This document shows positions 48,941 through 59,174 of a stretch of 64,000 nt of DNA, piece by piece. Made by a program: the position numbers and the translations under genes. The stretch is taken from the sequence record PP400788, one strand, 5' to 3'. The notes beneath the pieces were generated by a model. It saw only the letters and a list, made by a program, of their open reading frames with translations. It was not told where the DNA came from and searched no databases. Each line of letters begins with the position of its first letter. Position 1 is the first letter of the stretch. Source of the stretch: Escherichia phage FL33.

Positions 48941-49353
48941 TATTTTCCAGCCTCAAATGCCCGCATGTCTTGAATATGCTTAATAGCAAATCCGCGTGAT
49001 TTGATAGCATCAAGAGCTCCGCTACAGAAATCTAATAAAATCCCCCAATACTGTAACGAGGTATCAACCTTTAAAACATCCTTATCAGCTGATAGAACTG
49101 TCTTCATTTCTGATTTCTCGTAACGATCCATACTAAATTCATCACCATCTCCTCGTCCCGAGTAGTAGTCTAATTTAGCTTTAAGAGCAACTTTCTTTTG
49201 CGCGTCAATTCTAAGCATTTCCTTTTTAATACTTGAATGCTTATTAAGCCATTTACTATATAACATCACATTATTAGCTGCTTCATACTGTAATTTAGTC
49301 GAATCTATAAACACATCTTTCTTCAATTCTTCTTGAAGATCTTCTAATCTCAT
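48940..49353 (-). CDS. uvsY: UvsY recombination mediator protein
   Basis: 137 aa MRLEDLQEELKKDVFID...; size and position as T4 UvsY. Confidence 0.9.
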   Translation of the reverse strand: MRLEDLQEELKKDVFIDSTKLQYEAANNVMLYSKWLNKHSSIKKEMLRIDAQKKVALKAKLDYYSGRGDGDEFSMDRYEKSEMKTVLSADKDVLKVDTSLQYWGILLDFCSGALDAIKSRGFAIKHIQDMRAFEAGK

Positions 49354-49419
49354 ATTGTTCTCTATTCAATTGTTATTGGATGGACTTAGATTCATTATAC
49401 CACGTTTTAACGTGAAGCA

Positions 49420-49818
49420 TTATACTCTATTACTAGAAGCCAATTGCAGTTTTATTTGCTCAATATCATCGGGGTTATCGATGACCGAAAAGCGTATTTC
49501 TACTATCAGAGTATAATCATCATAAACTGGTATCACATTAACTGCTAATTTATCAATACGTGGCTCATAGTTTCTTACTGCGCTTTCGATGTTACGCTCA
49601 ACCGTATCAGCAGTAAGAGGAGTCATATTTTCAAAAAGCTGATCTGATAAATCACATCCAAATTCTGGGTCAAACGGTCTCGACCCTTTTCTGGTTGTGA
49701 TAATTCCCAAAAGGCTATTTTTAATTGACCTTAATCCAAGAGATCTAGAAACATCTTTGTCCCAATCCATTTTCATTTCTGGGTCAATGTCAGAATAAAG
49801 CTTATTAATATTTGCCAT
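49420..49818 (-). CDS. 25: Baseplate wedge protein gp25
   Basis: 132 aa; size and position as T4 gp25. Confidence 0.9.
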   Translation of the reverse strand: MANINKLYSDIDPEMKMDWDKDVSRSLGLRSIKNSLLGIITTRKGSRPFDPEFGCDLSDQLFENMTPLTADTVERNIESAVRNYEPRIDKLAVNVIPVYDDYTLIVEIRFSVIDNPDDIEQIKLQLASSNRV

Positions 49819-50444
49819 TACAATAGCTCAAAGAATTCTTTGAGTCCTCTTATTACATGAGCGTGAGTTTTTCCACACTCTGGACACTTAATTGGAACAG
49901 CCAAATAAACAGTAGGCTTTAAAAGCATATCTTTTATAGCTACAATATCTGACTCTGTGATGATAGAATATAAATCTTCCAGTTCCTTTTCATTTAAATC
50001 TTCAACTGGAATGCTTTCCCCGTTAGCATGAATCGTTTCTATGCATGATACTATCATGTGGGCTATATTTTTATCATCAAAAATTTTAGGGTAATGGAAC
50101 TTAATTTTAATGTCACCCAGTGTATACCAGAGGTCTTCTGGTGCATCTATTTGTGTATGTAATAGATTTATATGGGTTGGTATTTCAGTTCCACAGGTGC
50201 ATTTCCAGGAGTTTTCGTGATTAACTTCTCCAAGAGAATGCGCCCATAAATGAATCAGCAGTAGTTCTGATTCTTGGCGGTTTAAATCTTTTGCATTTGT
50301 GCAGTCTTTGATTAGCTTTTTAACAATTTCTTCGACTGAACCGTTCTTTTTAGCAGTAATAAGTTCTAGATATTCTTTAAGAGTAAATGCGCGACAGTTG
50401 ATTATTTTAGAACCAACTCTCACGTCAAATTTGTATTCATACAT
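49818..50444 (-). CDS. 26: Baseplate hub protein gp26
   Basis: 208 aa; start overlaps gene 25; divergent from gene 51. Confidence 0.9.
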   Translation of the reverse strand: MYEYKFDVRVGSKIINCRAFTLKEYLELITAKKNGSVEEIVKKLIKDCTNAKDLNRQESELLLIHLWAHSLGEVNHENSWKCTCGTEIPTHINLLHTQIDAPEDLWYTLGDIKIKFHYPKIFDDKNIAHMIVSCIETIHANGESIPVEDLNEKELEDLYSIITESDIVAIKDMLLKPTVYLAVPIKCPECGKTHAHVIRGLKEFFELL

Positions 50445-50465
50445 ATTTAGCTCCTTTATTTATCA

Positions 50466-50477
50466 TATTTATAAATA
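50466..50477. promoter_or_regulatory. Overlapping divergent late promoters (TATTTATAAATA) between genes 26 and 51
   Basis: 12-nt sequence contains TATAAATA on both strands: 50470-50477 forward for gene 51, 50466-50473 reverse for gene 26. Confidence 0.6.
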
Positions 50478-50494
50478 GAATAAAAGGAGCATCT

Positions 50495-51244
50495 ATGGCA
50501 AACATTATTCGTTGTAAATTACCAGATGGTGTTCATCGTTTTAAACCATTTACGGTAGAAGATTATCGAGATTTTTTGTTAGTTCGAAACGATATAGAAC
50601 ATCGGTCACCACAAGAACAAAAAGAAATAATTGCTGATTTAATTGCCGATTATTTTGGAGACTATCCGAAGACTTGGCAACCATTTATATTTTTGCAGGT
50701 ATTTGTAGGGTCAATAGGTAAAACTAAAGTACCGGTCACATTTGTATGTCCAAAATGTAAAAAAGAAAAGACAGTTCCATTTGAAATATATCAAAAAGAA
50801 TTAAAGGAACCTGTTTTTGATGTAGCTAATGTTAAAATTAAATTAAAGTTTCCTTCTGAGTTTTATGAAAATAAAGCAAAGATGATTACTGAAAATATTC
50901 ATTCTGTTCAAGTAGATGAAACATGGTATGATTGGAAGGAAATTAGTGAATCAAGTCAAATAGAACTTGTTGATGCCATCGAGATAGAAACATTAGAAAA
51001 AATTCTCGATGCAATGAATCCTATTAATTTAACGCTACATATGTCCTGCTGTGATAAGTATGTAAAAAAATACACTGATATAGTAGACGTGTTTAAGCTA
51101 TTAGTTAACCCAGATGAGATATTTACTTTTTATCAAATTAATCACACACTCGTAAAAAGTAATTATAGCTTAAATTCAATAATGAAAATGATTCCTGCTG
51201 AGCGCGGATTCGTATTAAAACTGATTGAGAAGGATAAACAATAA
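50495..51244 (+). CDS. 51: Baseplate hub assembly catalyst gp51
   Basis: 249 aa; AAAGGAG SD; position between 26 and 27. Confidence 0.9.
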   Translation: MANIIRCKLPDGVHRFKPFTVEDYRDFLLVRNDIEHRSPQEQKEIIADLIADYFGDYPKTWQPFIFLQVFVGSIGKTKVPVTFVCPKCKKEKTVPFEIYQKELKEPVFDVANVKIKLKFPSEFYENKAKMITENIHSVQVDETWYDWKEISESSQIELVDAIEIETLEKILDAMNPINLTLHMSCCDKYVKKYTDIVDVFKLLVNPDEIFTFYQINHTLVKSNYSLNSIMKMIPAERGFVLKLIEKDKQ

Positions 51245-52419
51245 TGAGTATGTTGCAACGCCCCGGATATCCAAATCTCAGCGTTAAATTATTTGATAGC
51301 TACGACGCTTGGAGTAATAATAGATTTGTTGAATTAGCTGCTACTATTACCACATTAACTATGCGGGATTCTCTTTATGGCCGAAATGAAGGAATGCTGC
51401 AGTTTTATGATTCTAAAAACATCCATACAAAAATGGATGGAAATGAAATAATTCAGATTTCTGTAGCTAATGCAAATGATATTAATAATGTTAAAACACG
51501 AATTTATGGATGTAAGCATTTTTCCGTGTCAGTAGATTCAAAAGGTGATAACATCATTGCTATTGAATTGGGAACTATTCATTCTATAGAAAATCTTAAA
51601 TTTGGTAGACCATTTTTCCCTGATGCGGGTGAATCTATAAAAGAAATGCTTGGCGTCATTTATCAAGACCGTACATTATTAACTCCAGCGATAAATGCTA
51701 TAAATGCTTATGTTCCTGATATTCCATGGACTAGTACATTTGAAAATTATTTGTCATATGTAAGAGAAGTTGCTCTAGCTGTAGGAAGTGACAAATTTGT
51801 ATTTGTATGGCAAGACATCATGGGAGTTAACATGATGGACTATGATATGATGATAAATCAAGAACCATACCCAATGATTGTCGGTGAGCCATCTTTAATA
51901 GGTCAATTCATCCAAGAATTAAAATATCCATTAGCATATGATTTTGTTTGGTTGACTAAATCGAATCCTCACAAACGTGACCCAATGAAAAACGCTACTA
52001 TCTATGCTCATTCATTTTTAGATTCTTCATTGCCAATGATTACTACAGGAAAGGGCGAAAACTCTATTGTAGTGTCAAGGTCAGGTGCTTATTCTGAAAT
52101 GACTTATAGGAATGGATATGAAGAAGCTATTCGTCTTCAAACTATGGCGCAATACGATGGCTATGCTAAATGTTCTACTGTCGGTAATTTTAACTTGACA
52201 CCTGGCGTTAAAATTATTTTTAATGATAGTAAAAACCAATTTAAAACAGAATTTTACGTTGATGAAGTTATCCACGAATTATCCAATAATAATTCAGTAA
52301 CTCATCTATATATGTTCACTAATGCAACGAAACTGGAAACAATAGACCCAGTTAAGGTTAAAAATGAATTTAAATCTGATACTACCACTGAAGAAAGTAG
52401 TTCTTCCAATAAGCAATAA
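51244..52419 (+). CDS. 27: Baseplate hub protein gp27
   Basis: 391 aa, size and position as T4 gp27. Confidence 0.95.
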   Translation: MSMLQRPGYPNLSVKLFDSYDAWSNNRFVELAATITTLTMRDSLYGRNEGMLQFYDSKNIHTKMDGNEIIQISVANANDINNVKTRIYGCKHFSVSVDSKGDNIIAIELGTIHSIENLKFGRPFFPDAGESIKEMLGVIYQDRTLLTPAINAINAYVPDIPWTSTFENYLSYVREVALAVGSDKFVFVWQDIMGVNMMDYDMMINQEPYPMIVGEPSLIGQFIQELKYPLAYDFVWLTKSNPHKRDPMKNATIYAHSFLDSSLPMITTGKGENSIVVSRSGAYSEMTYRNGYEEAIRLQTMAQYDGYAKCSTVGNFNLTPGVKIIFNDSKNQFKTEFYVDEVIHELSNNNSVTHLYMFTNATKLETIDPVKVKNEFKSDTTTEESSSSNKQ

Positions 52420-52897
52420 AGAAGTTTCTATTCCTAAAATGGGTCTTAAACATTATAACATTTTAAAAGATGTTAAAGGTCCTGATGAAAATTTAAAACT
52501 TTTGATCGATTCTATTTGTCCGAATTTATCACCGGCAGAAGTTGATTTCGTTTCTATTCATTTATTGGAATTTAATGGAAAGATTAAATCTCGCAAAGAA
52601 ATAGATGGTTATACTTATGACATTAATGATGTTTATGTATGCCAAAGATTGGAATTTCAATACCAAGGAAATACATTTTATTTTAGACCTCCTGGAAAAT
52701 TTGAACAATTTTTAACGGTGAGCGATATGTTATCCAAGTGCTTACTTAAGGTCAATGATGAAGTTAAAGAAATTAATTTTCTTGAGATGCCAGCATTCGT
52801 TTTAAAATGGGCAAATGACATTTTTACAACTTTAGCAATTCCTGGCCCTAATGGTCCAATAACCGGAATTGGCAATATTATTGGATTATTTGAATGA
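52364..52897 (+). CDS. 28: Baseplate hub distal subunit gp28
   Basis: 177 aa; AAGG SD before ATG 52364; overlaps end of gene 27. Confidence 0.85.
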   Translation: MNLNLILPLKKVVLPISNKEVSIPKMGLKHYNILKDVKGPDENLKLLIDSICPNLSPAEVDFVSIHLLEFNGKIKSRKEIDGYTYDINDVYVCQRLEFQYQGNTFYFRPPGKFEQFLTVSDMLSKCLLKVNDEVKEINFLEMPAFVLKWANDIFTTLAIPGPNGPITGIGNIIGLFE

Positions 52898-54666
52898 AAA
52901 AGCCACAAGAAATGCAAACGATGCGCAGAAAAGTTATTTCAGATAATAAACCAACACAGGAAGCGGCTAAATCCGCTTCTAACACTTTATCTGGACTTAA
53001 CGATATATCTACGAAATTGGATGATGCTCAAGCTGCTTCTGAATTAATTGCTCAAACTGTTGAAGAAAAATCGAATGAAATAATTGGGGCAATTGACAAC
53101 GTAGAAAACGCAGTGAGTGATACTACTGCTGGTTCTGAGTTAATTGCTGAAACTGTCGAAATTGGCAATAATATTAATAAAGAAATCGGTGAATCACTCG
53201 GGAGCAAATTAGATAAATTAACAAGTTTACTAGAGCAAAAAATTCAGACAGCTGGAATTCAACAGACGGGAACTAGTTTAGCCACGGTTGAAAGTGCTAT
53301 TCCTGTTAAAGTTGTTGAGGATGATACAGCTGAATCTGTGGGTCCTTTATTACCGGCTCCTGAAGCAGTTAATAATGATCCTGATGCTGATTTTTTCCCT
53401 ACCCCTCAGCCAGTTGAGCCCAAACAAGAATCGCCAGAAGAAAAACAGAAAAAAGACGCATTTAACTTAAAATTATCTCAAGCTTTAGATAAATTAACAA
53501 AGACTGTTGATTTTGGATTTAAGAAATCCATTTCAATTACTGATAAAATATCAAGCATGTTATTTAAGTATACCGTCAGTGCTGCTATTGAAGCTGCTAA
53601 AATGACTGCAATGATATTGGCTGTTGTTGTAGGAATAGACCTGTTGATGGTTCATTTTAAATATTGGTCAGATAAATTTTCGCAGGCTTGGGATTTGTTT
53701 AGTACAGACTTTACTAAATTCTCTAGCGAAACCGGAACATGGGGTCCTTTATTACAGAGCATCTTTGGTTCTATTGATAAAATTAAACAGCTTTGGGAAG
53801 CTGGAGATTGGGGCGGATTGACAGTAGCTATTGTAGAAGGGCTTGGAAAGGTTCTTTTTAATTTAGGAGAGCTTATTCAATTAGGTATGGCTAAATTATC
53901 TGCTGCAATTCTTCGAGTCATTCCTGGCATGAAGGATACCGCTGATGAAGTAGAAGGAAGAGCACTAGAAAATTTCCAAAATACTACAAATGCTTCTCTT
54001 AACAAAGAAGACCAAGAAAAAGTTGCAAACTATCAATATAAAAGAATGAATGGAGAACTTGGTCCGATAGCAAAAGGACTAGACAAAATTGCGAACTGGA
54101 AAACTCGTGCATCTAACTGGATTCGCGGTGTTGATAATAAAGAAGCACTAACGACTGATGAAGAGAGAGCAGATGAAGAAGAAAAATTAAAGCAACTTTC
54201 TCCGGAGGAAGCTAAAATTGCTTTAATGAAAGCTAATGAAGCTCGTGCTGCTATGAATCGTTTTGATGAATATGCTGATTCAGCTGATATGAGTAAAGAC
54301 TCAACAGTTAAATCAGTTGAAGCTGCCTATGAAGACCTTAAAAAACGGATGGATGACCCGGATTTAAATAATTCGCCGGCAGTTAAAAAAGAACTTGCTG
54401 CTAGATTTTCTAAAATTGATGCTACTTATCAAGAGCTCAAGAAAAATCAGCCTAATGCCAAACCTGAAACTTCTGCTAAATCGCCAGAAGCAAAACAAGT
54501 CCAGGTAATAGAAAAGAACAAAGCACAGCAAGCTCCTGTTCAACAAGCATCTCCTTCAATCAATAATACTAATAATGTTATTAAGAAAAATACTGTCGTT
54601 CATAATATGACACCCGTAACGAGCACGACTGCTCCTGGTGTATTTGATGCGACTGGAGTTAATTAA
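52894..54666 (+). CDS. 29: Tail length tape-measure / baseplate hub protein gp29
   Basis: 590 aa, size and position as T4 gp29. Confidence 0.95.
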   Translation: MKKPQEMQTMRRKVISDNKPTQEAAKSASNTLSGLNDISTKLDDAQAASELIAQTVEEKSNEIIGAIDNVENAVSDTTAGSELIAETVEIGNNINKEIGESLGSKLDKLTSLLEQKIQTAGIQQTGTSLATVESAIPVKVVEDDTAESVGPLLPAPEAVNNDPDADFFPTPQPVEPKQESPEEKQKKDAFNLKLSQALDKLTKTVDFGFKKSISITDKISSMLFKYTVSAAIEAAKMTAMILAVVVGIDLLMVHFKYWSDKFSQAWDLFSTDFTKFSSETGTWGPLLQSIFGSIDKIKQLWEAGDWGGLTVAIVEGLGKVLFNLGELIQLGMAKLSAAILRVIPGMKDTADEVEGRALENFQNTTNASLNKEDQEKVANYQYKRMNGELGPIAKGLDKIANWKTRASNWIRGVDNKEALTTDEERADEEEKLKQLSPEEAKIALMKANEARAAMNRFDEYADSADMSKDSTVKSVEAAYEDLKKRMDDPDLNNSPAVKKELAARFSKIDATYQELKKNQPNAKPETSAKSPEAKQVQVIEKNKAQQAPVQQASPSINNTNNVIKKNTVVHNMTPVTSTTAPGVFDATGVN

Positions 54667-54674
54667 GGAATAAT

Positions 54675-55769
54675 ATGGCAATTGTTAAAGAAATAACTGC
54701 TGATTTAATTAAAAAGTCCGGTGAGAAAATTTCAGCCGGACAGAGTACTAAATCAGAAGTAGGAACTAAAACATACACTGCCCAGTTTCCAACTGGGCGT
54801 GCTAGTGGTAATGACACTACAGGGGACTTCCAGGTAACAGATCTATATAAGAATGGATTATTATTTACTGCATACAATATGTCATCTAGGGATTCTGGAA
54901 GTCTTAGATCGATGAGATCTAACTACTCTTCTTCATCTTCGAGTATTTTACGTACAGCCAGAAACACTATCAGTAATACAGTATCAAAACTGTCAAATGG
55001 ATTAATATCAGATAATAATTCAGGAACAATAAGTAAAGCCCCTGTTGCAAATATTCTTTTACCAAGATCTAAATCTGATGTTGATACATCATCGCACAGA
55101 TTTAATGATGTTCAAGAAAGCCTTATCAGTAGAGGCGGAGGTACTGCTACTGGTGTGCTAAGTAATATTGCTTCAACTGCAGTATTTGGGGCACTGGAAA
55201 GTATAACACAAGGTATAATGGCTGATAATAATGAACAGATTTATACTACAGCCAGAAGTATGTATGGTGGTGCTGAGAATAGAACTAAAGTGTTTACATG
55301 GGATTTGACTCCACGTTCAACAGAAGATTTAATGGCTATTATTAATATCTATCAGTATTTTAACTATTTTTCTTATGGTGAAACGGGCAAATCTCAATAT
55401 GCTGCTGAAATAAAGGGGTATTTAGATGATTGGTATCGTTCTACGTTAATTGAACCTTTATCTCCGGAAGACGCAGCTAAAAATAAAACACTATTTGAGA
55501 AAATGACAGCAAGTTTAACGAACGTTCTAGTAGTTTCAAACCCGACAGTTTGGATGGTGAAAAACTTTGGTGCAACATCTAAGTTTGATGGAAAAACGGA
55601 AATATTTGGTCCATGCCAAATACAGAGCATCAGATTTGATAAAACACCTAATGGTAACTTTAACGGATTAGCTATTGCTCCAAACCTCCCTAGTACATTT
55701 ACTCTCGAGATTACTATGAGAGAAATTATCACGTTAAACCGTGCTTCTTTATATGCGGGGACTTTTTAA
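54675..55769 (+). CDS. 48: Baseplate-tail tube junction protein gp48
   Basis: 364 aa, size and position as T4 gp48. Confidence 0.95.
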   Translation: MAIVKEITADLIKKSGEKISAGQSTKSEVGTKTYTAQFPTGRASGNDTTGDFQVTDLYKNGLLFTAYNMSSRDSGSLRSMRSNYSSSSSSILRTARNTISNTVSKLSNGLISDNNSGTISKAPVANILLPRSKSDVDTSSHRFNDVQESLISRGGGTATGVLSNIASTAVFGALESITQGIMADNNEQIYTTARSMYGGAENRTKVFTWDLTPRSTEDLMAIINIYQYFNYFSYGETGKSQYAAEIKGYLDDWYRSTLIEPLSPEDAAKNKTLFEKMTASLTNVLVVSNPTVWMVKNFGATSKFDGKTEIFGPCQIQSIRFDKTPNGNFNGLAIAPNLPSTFTLEITMREIITLNRASLYAGTF

Positions 55770-56734
55770 TGTATTCTTTAGAGGAATTTAATAATCAAGC
55801 AATAAACGCAGACTTCCAACGTAATAATATGTTTAGCTGCGTTTTTGCAACAACTCCATCAACTAAAAGCTCTTCGTTGATAAGTTCAATTAGCAACTTT
55901 TCTTATAATAACTTGGGCCTAAATTCAAATTGGTTAGGATTAACTCAAGGTGATATTAATCAGGGAATTACCACGCTAATTACAGCTGGCACACAAAAAC
56001 TGATAAGAAAATCAGGGGTTAGTAAATATCTTATTGGTGCCATGAGTCAACGTACAGTTCAAAGTTTATTAGGCTCATTTACAGTTGGTACATATTTAAT
56101 TGACTTCTTTAACATGGCATATAACTCATCTGGATTGATGATATACTCTGTAAAAATGCCAGAGAATAGATTATCCTATGAAACTGACTGGAACTATAAT
56201 TCTCCTAATATTCGTATAACTGGGAGAGAATTAGACCCTTTGGTTATTTCATTTAGAATGGATTCAGAATCATGTAATTATCGTGCAATGCAAGACTGGG
56301 TTAACGCTGTTCAAGACCCAGTAACTGGACTGCGTGCTTTGCCACAAGATGTCGAGGCAGACATTCAGGTTAATCTTCATGCTCGTAATGGATTACCTCA
56401 TACTGCTGTGATGTTCACCGGATGCATTCCGGTGTCAGTGAGCGCTCCTGAGTTATCATACGATGGAGATAACCAAATAACTACATTTGATGTTACTTTT
56501 GCGTATAGAGTCATGCAGGCTGGAGCGGTTGATAGACAAGCTGCGCTTGAGTGGCTTGAATCTGCTACTATAAATGGCATTCAAAGCGTTCTCGGAAATA
56601 GCGGAGGTGTTACTGGACTATCTAATTCGCTTTCACGACTTAGTAGATTAGGAGGAACTGCAGGAAGCATTTCAAACATTAATACTATGACAGGAATTGT
56701 CAATTCGCAAAGTAAAATATTAGGAGCAATATAA
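55769..56734 (+). CDS. 54: Tail tube initiator protein gp54
   Basis: 321 aa; start overlaps gp48 stop. Confidence 0.95.
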   Translation: MYSLEEFNNQAINADFQRNNMFSCVFATTPSTKSSSLISSISNFSYNNLGLNSNWLGLTQGDINQGITTLITAGTQKLIRKSGVSKYLIGAMSQRTVQSLLGSFTVGTYLIDFFNMAYNSSGLMIYSVKMPENRLSYETDWNYNSPNIRITGRELDPLVISFRMDSESCNYRAMQDWVNAVQDPVTGLRALPQDVEADIQVNLHARNGLPHTAVMFTGCIPVSVSAPELSYDGDNQITTFDVTFAYRVMQAGAVDRQAALEWLESATINGIQSVLGNSGGVTGLSNSLSRLSRLGGTAGSISNINTMTGIVNSQSKILGAI

Positions 56735-56736
56735 CA

Positions 56737-56768
56737 ATGGGGACCGAAAGGTCCCCATATTTTTATTT
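56737..56768. terminator. Bidirectional rho-independent terminator after gene 54
   Basis: GGGGACCGAAAGGTCCCC hairpin followed by ATATTTTTATTT. Confidence 0.8.
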
Positions 56769-57053
56769 ACGGAATGAAATAAAAGCAGCAACTGAAGCAA
56801 CTAAACTGTCTTCAATATAAACTTCAATTTTTACCGGAGCTTCTGACTCAAATTTACCTGTTACTACACCTTGGAAAATGCTTTCAGTCTGTTCTGGCTT
56901 TGAAAAATTTTCAGAAGGAAAAATTCCGAACTTTTTATCTGTTCCAAAAATTTTGATAAATTCGTCGTAAACCGCTTCATTAAAAGCGTTATCAGCAGGA
57001 ATAACGCCTTCAACTACGAGTTCTTGACCTAAAAAGCGCAAAGAAGATTTCAT
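56763..57053 (-). CDS. Hypothetical protein (alt.-3 position)
   Basis: 96 aa minus-strand ORF downstream of the Alt paralogs. Confidence 0.6.
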   Translation of the reverse strand: MKSSLRFLGQELVVEGVIPADNAFNEAVYDEFIKIFGTDKKFGIFPSENFSKPEQTESIFQGVVTGKFESEAPVKIEVYIEDSLVASVAAFISFRK

Positions 57054-57113
57054 TTTGTGTTCCTCATGTTATGTCAGTAAGATTACTATAACACAACACG
57101 AGGGACTTGTAAA

Positions 57114-59171
57114 CTACATCTTGAACTTTTTAGACATTCCGTTGATGTTAACCAAAGAAGCCAAGATTTGAGAAACTTCGTTTTCCTCTTCTTTTGATTC
57201 TTCTACAAGGAATTGATTAAATCCAGCCATTAGACGAACTTCACCAGTTTCCATTAGATGGTCGCCATCATATACCGATTCTTCTAATTGTTCAGAAGGA
57301 GGAACGATTGTGCCTTCGATTAGATACTTATTATAAGCAGTTTCTTTCATCATGTACGTACTCACTTTATTAATCTTCAGCAAAATTCCACGCGGTAAAA
57401 TAACTTCAGCTTCTGATGGAAATCCTGATAAATGTCCTGGAACGATAACTTTGATTCGCTCAGCTCCTTTAATTACCATACCCACGCTAGTTTCAGCATC
57501 TTCATTCGCATAAGCAGAGTGACTGCCCATATGCATCAAATCTTCTGCGTCAACTGAACCTTCTCCTTCACCAGAAAATACTGCGCCGGAATCATCTAGA
57601 GCCATATAGTTTTTACCATACTCACCGAAGATATTTGGTTTAAGCGATGTGGATACGAAGTTCTTGAAGTAGAACATTTTATTTTCAATATTATGACGTA
57701 AAGTTTTAAAGGTAACTTCTTGTCCACGGTAAAGCGTAGTTCCTGGAGGAAGAACTGATCCTTTGGCAAAGGCAGAATCCATTGTCTCGATGTGTTTAAT
57801 AGCTCGTTCCATATATTCTTCACGGGTAGAATCCGGTTTACCTAAAAGGAACGAGTTCATTTCAACATATGAATCTGCACAATAATCTTCAATTACATCA
57901 GACTCAGCCTGAGTTAATCCTTTTAGAGTTACTTCAGTACTTGCATATTCATACGCTTGAGAAGCAGACTCATTAATCAATTTATAAACGCCATTCATGA
58001 CAAATTGAACAATAGCTACCTTTTCATCTGGTGTGGCTTTAGAACCTTTAACTAAATCATTGACAATTTTCTTAATAACATCAAAGCTATTAGAAATATT
58101 AATGTCAGCGAGATCGCTCAAAATTTTATCGGTTTTATAATCAAAAAATTCTTTATTCTTTAAATATTCTTGAGAACCTTGATGTGTTATATCGCTCTGC
58201 AGTCTGATAGACGGATCACGTAAACGCGCGTGGGCCAATGCAATATGATTTCGGAAGTTTTCTAGTTCATAATCGTTAGATTTAAAACGAGAAGCACTTC
58301 TCATACCACCGATAGCTCCTTTGCTGAAGTTTGAACCAATCTGAATAACGCCAGAGTTCATTGGTCCTTCTGCTTTATATACCGGAACTTTAGATTCAAA
58401 CTCTTGATATTTCTTGGCAGCGAAGCTATCACCCTGAAGTGAAGCATCAACAGTAGAATATTGAGCTTGTGCTGCTAATCGACGACTAATTTTAGTTTTC
58501 TGAATAACAGCTTGATCAGTGCGCTTATCATTTTCTAAAGCAATAGAAGCAGCAACAGCGACAGCTTTAGGAACAGCATTACCTGTTTTAACGTCTACAT
58601 AAACATCACCAACCTTTGATTCAACTTTTGTGAATAACTCAGTTGAAATAGGAGGTACACCTGGAATGTCTTCTAAATTGGCATTTTTACGGTAAACCAT
58701 AATATATGCATATTTTTTATCATAGTCCCAGATTTCCTTTAAAAGAACATATCGACCTGCTCCCTTAGTACGTACTAAACGGTCAGCAATAACTTGCATT
58801 TGACGAGCTGCGCCATTTGTTTTACTCTTTAGTACGCGGAATAGGCATGCGTCGATTTTATACTGTTTCATTGTTTGAAGAGCAGTATCAAAAACAGCAT
58901 TAATGACGCCAATTGGATTTCCACCCAAGTTTCTAAGCTTAACCAGCGATAATTTCTCGTTGACACCTATCATTACGATATGCATCATTTTATCGCCCGG
59001 CTTAACGTTTTTATTTGTATCACCGCCAGAGGTGTATGTACAAAATCTAAATCCAGGAAGCACGCTTTCTTCACCGGCTTGAATAGCAAAAATTTGAGGT
59101 ATTTTATGCTTAGGATTTAAGTTAACAACCGGCGCCGAAGCGCCGTCAAATAATTCTGTAATAAGTTCCAT
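57114..59171 (-). CDS. Alt-family mono-ADP-ribosyltransferase paralog (alt.-2 position)
   Basis: 685 aa; N-terminal ~190 aa closely similar to the upstream paralog (MELITELFD..., QYKIDAC..., GRYVLLKEIWDYDKKYAY); C-terminal ART core with YRGQ (Arg), FVSTSL (STS) and EAEVILPRG (catalytic Glu) motifs. Confidence 0.8.
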   Translation of the reverse strand: MELITELFDGASAPVVNLNPKHKIPQIFAIQAGEESVLPGFRFCTYTSGGDTNKNVKPGDKMMHIVMIGVNEKLSLVKLRNLGGNPIGVINAVFDTALQTMKQYKIDACLFRVLKSKTNGAARQMQVIADRLVRTKGAGRYVLLKEIWDYDKKYAYIMVYRKNANLEDIPGVPPISTELFTKVESKVGDVYVDVKTGNAVPKAVAVAASIALENDKRTDQAVIQKTKISRRLAAQAQYSTVDASLQGDSFAAKKYQEFESKVPVYKAEGPMNSGVIQIGSNFSKGAIGGMRSASRFKSNDYELENFRNHIALAHARLRDPSIRLQSDITHQGSQEYLKNKEFFDYKTDKILSDLADINISNSFDVIKKIVNDLVKGSKATPDEKVAIVQFVMNGVYKLINESASQAYEYASTEVTLKGLTQAESDVIEDYCADSYVEMNSFLLGKPDSTREEYMERAIKHIETMDSAFAKGSVLPPGTTLYRGQEVTFKTLRHNIENKMFYFKNFVSTSLKPNIFGEYGKNYMALDDSGAVFSGEGEGSVDAEDLMHMGSHSAYANEDAETSVGMVIKGAERIKVIVPGHLSGFPSEAEVILPRGILLKINKVSTYMMKETAYNKYLIEGTIVPPSEQLEESVYDGDHLMETGEVRLMAGFNQFLVEESKEEENEVSQILASLVNINGMSKKFKM

Positions 59172-59174
59172 GAT

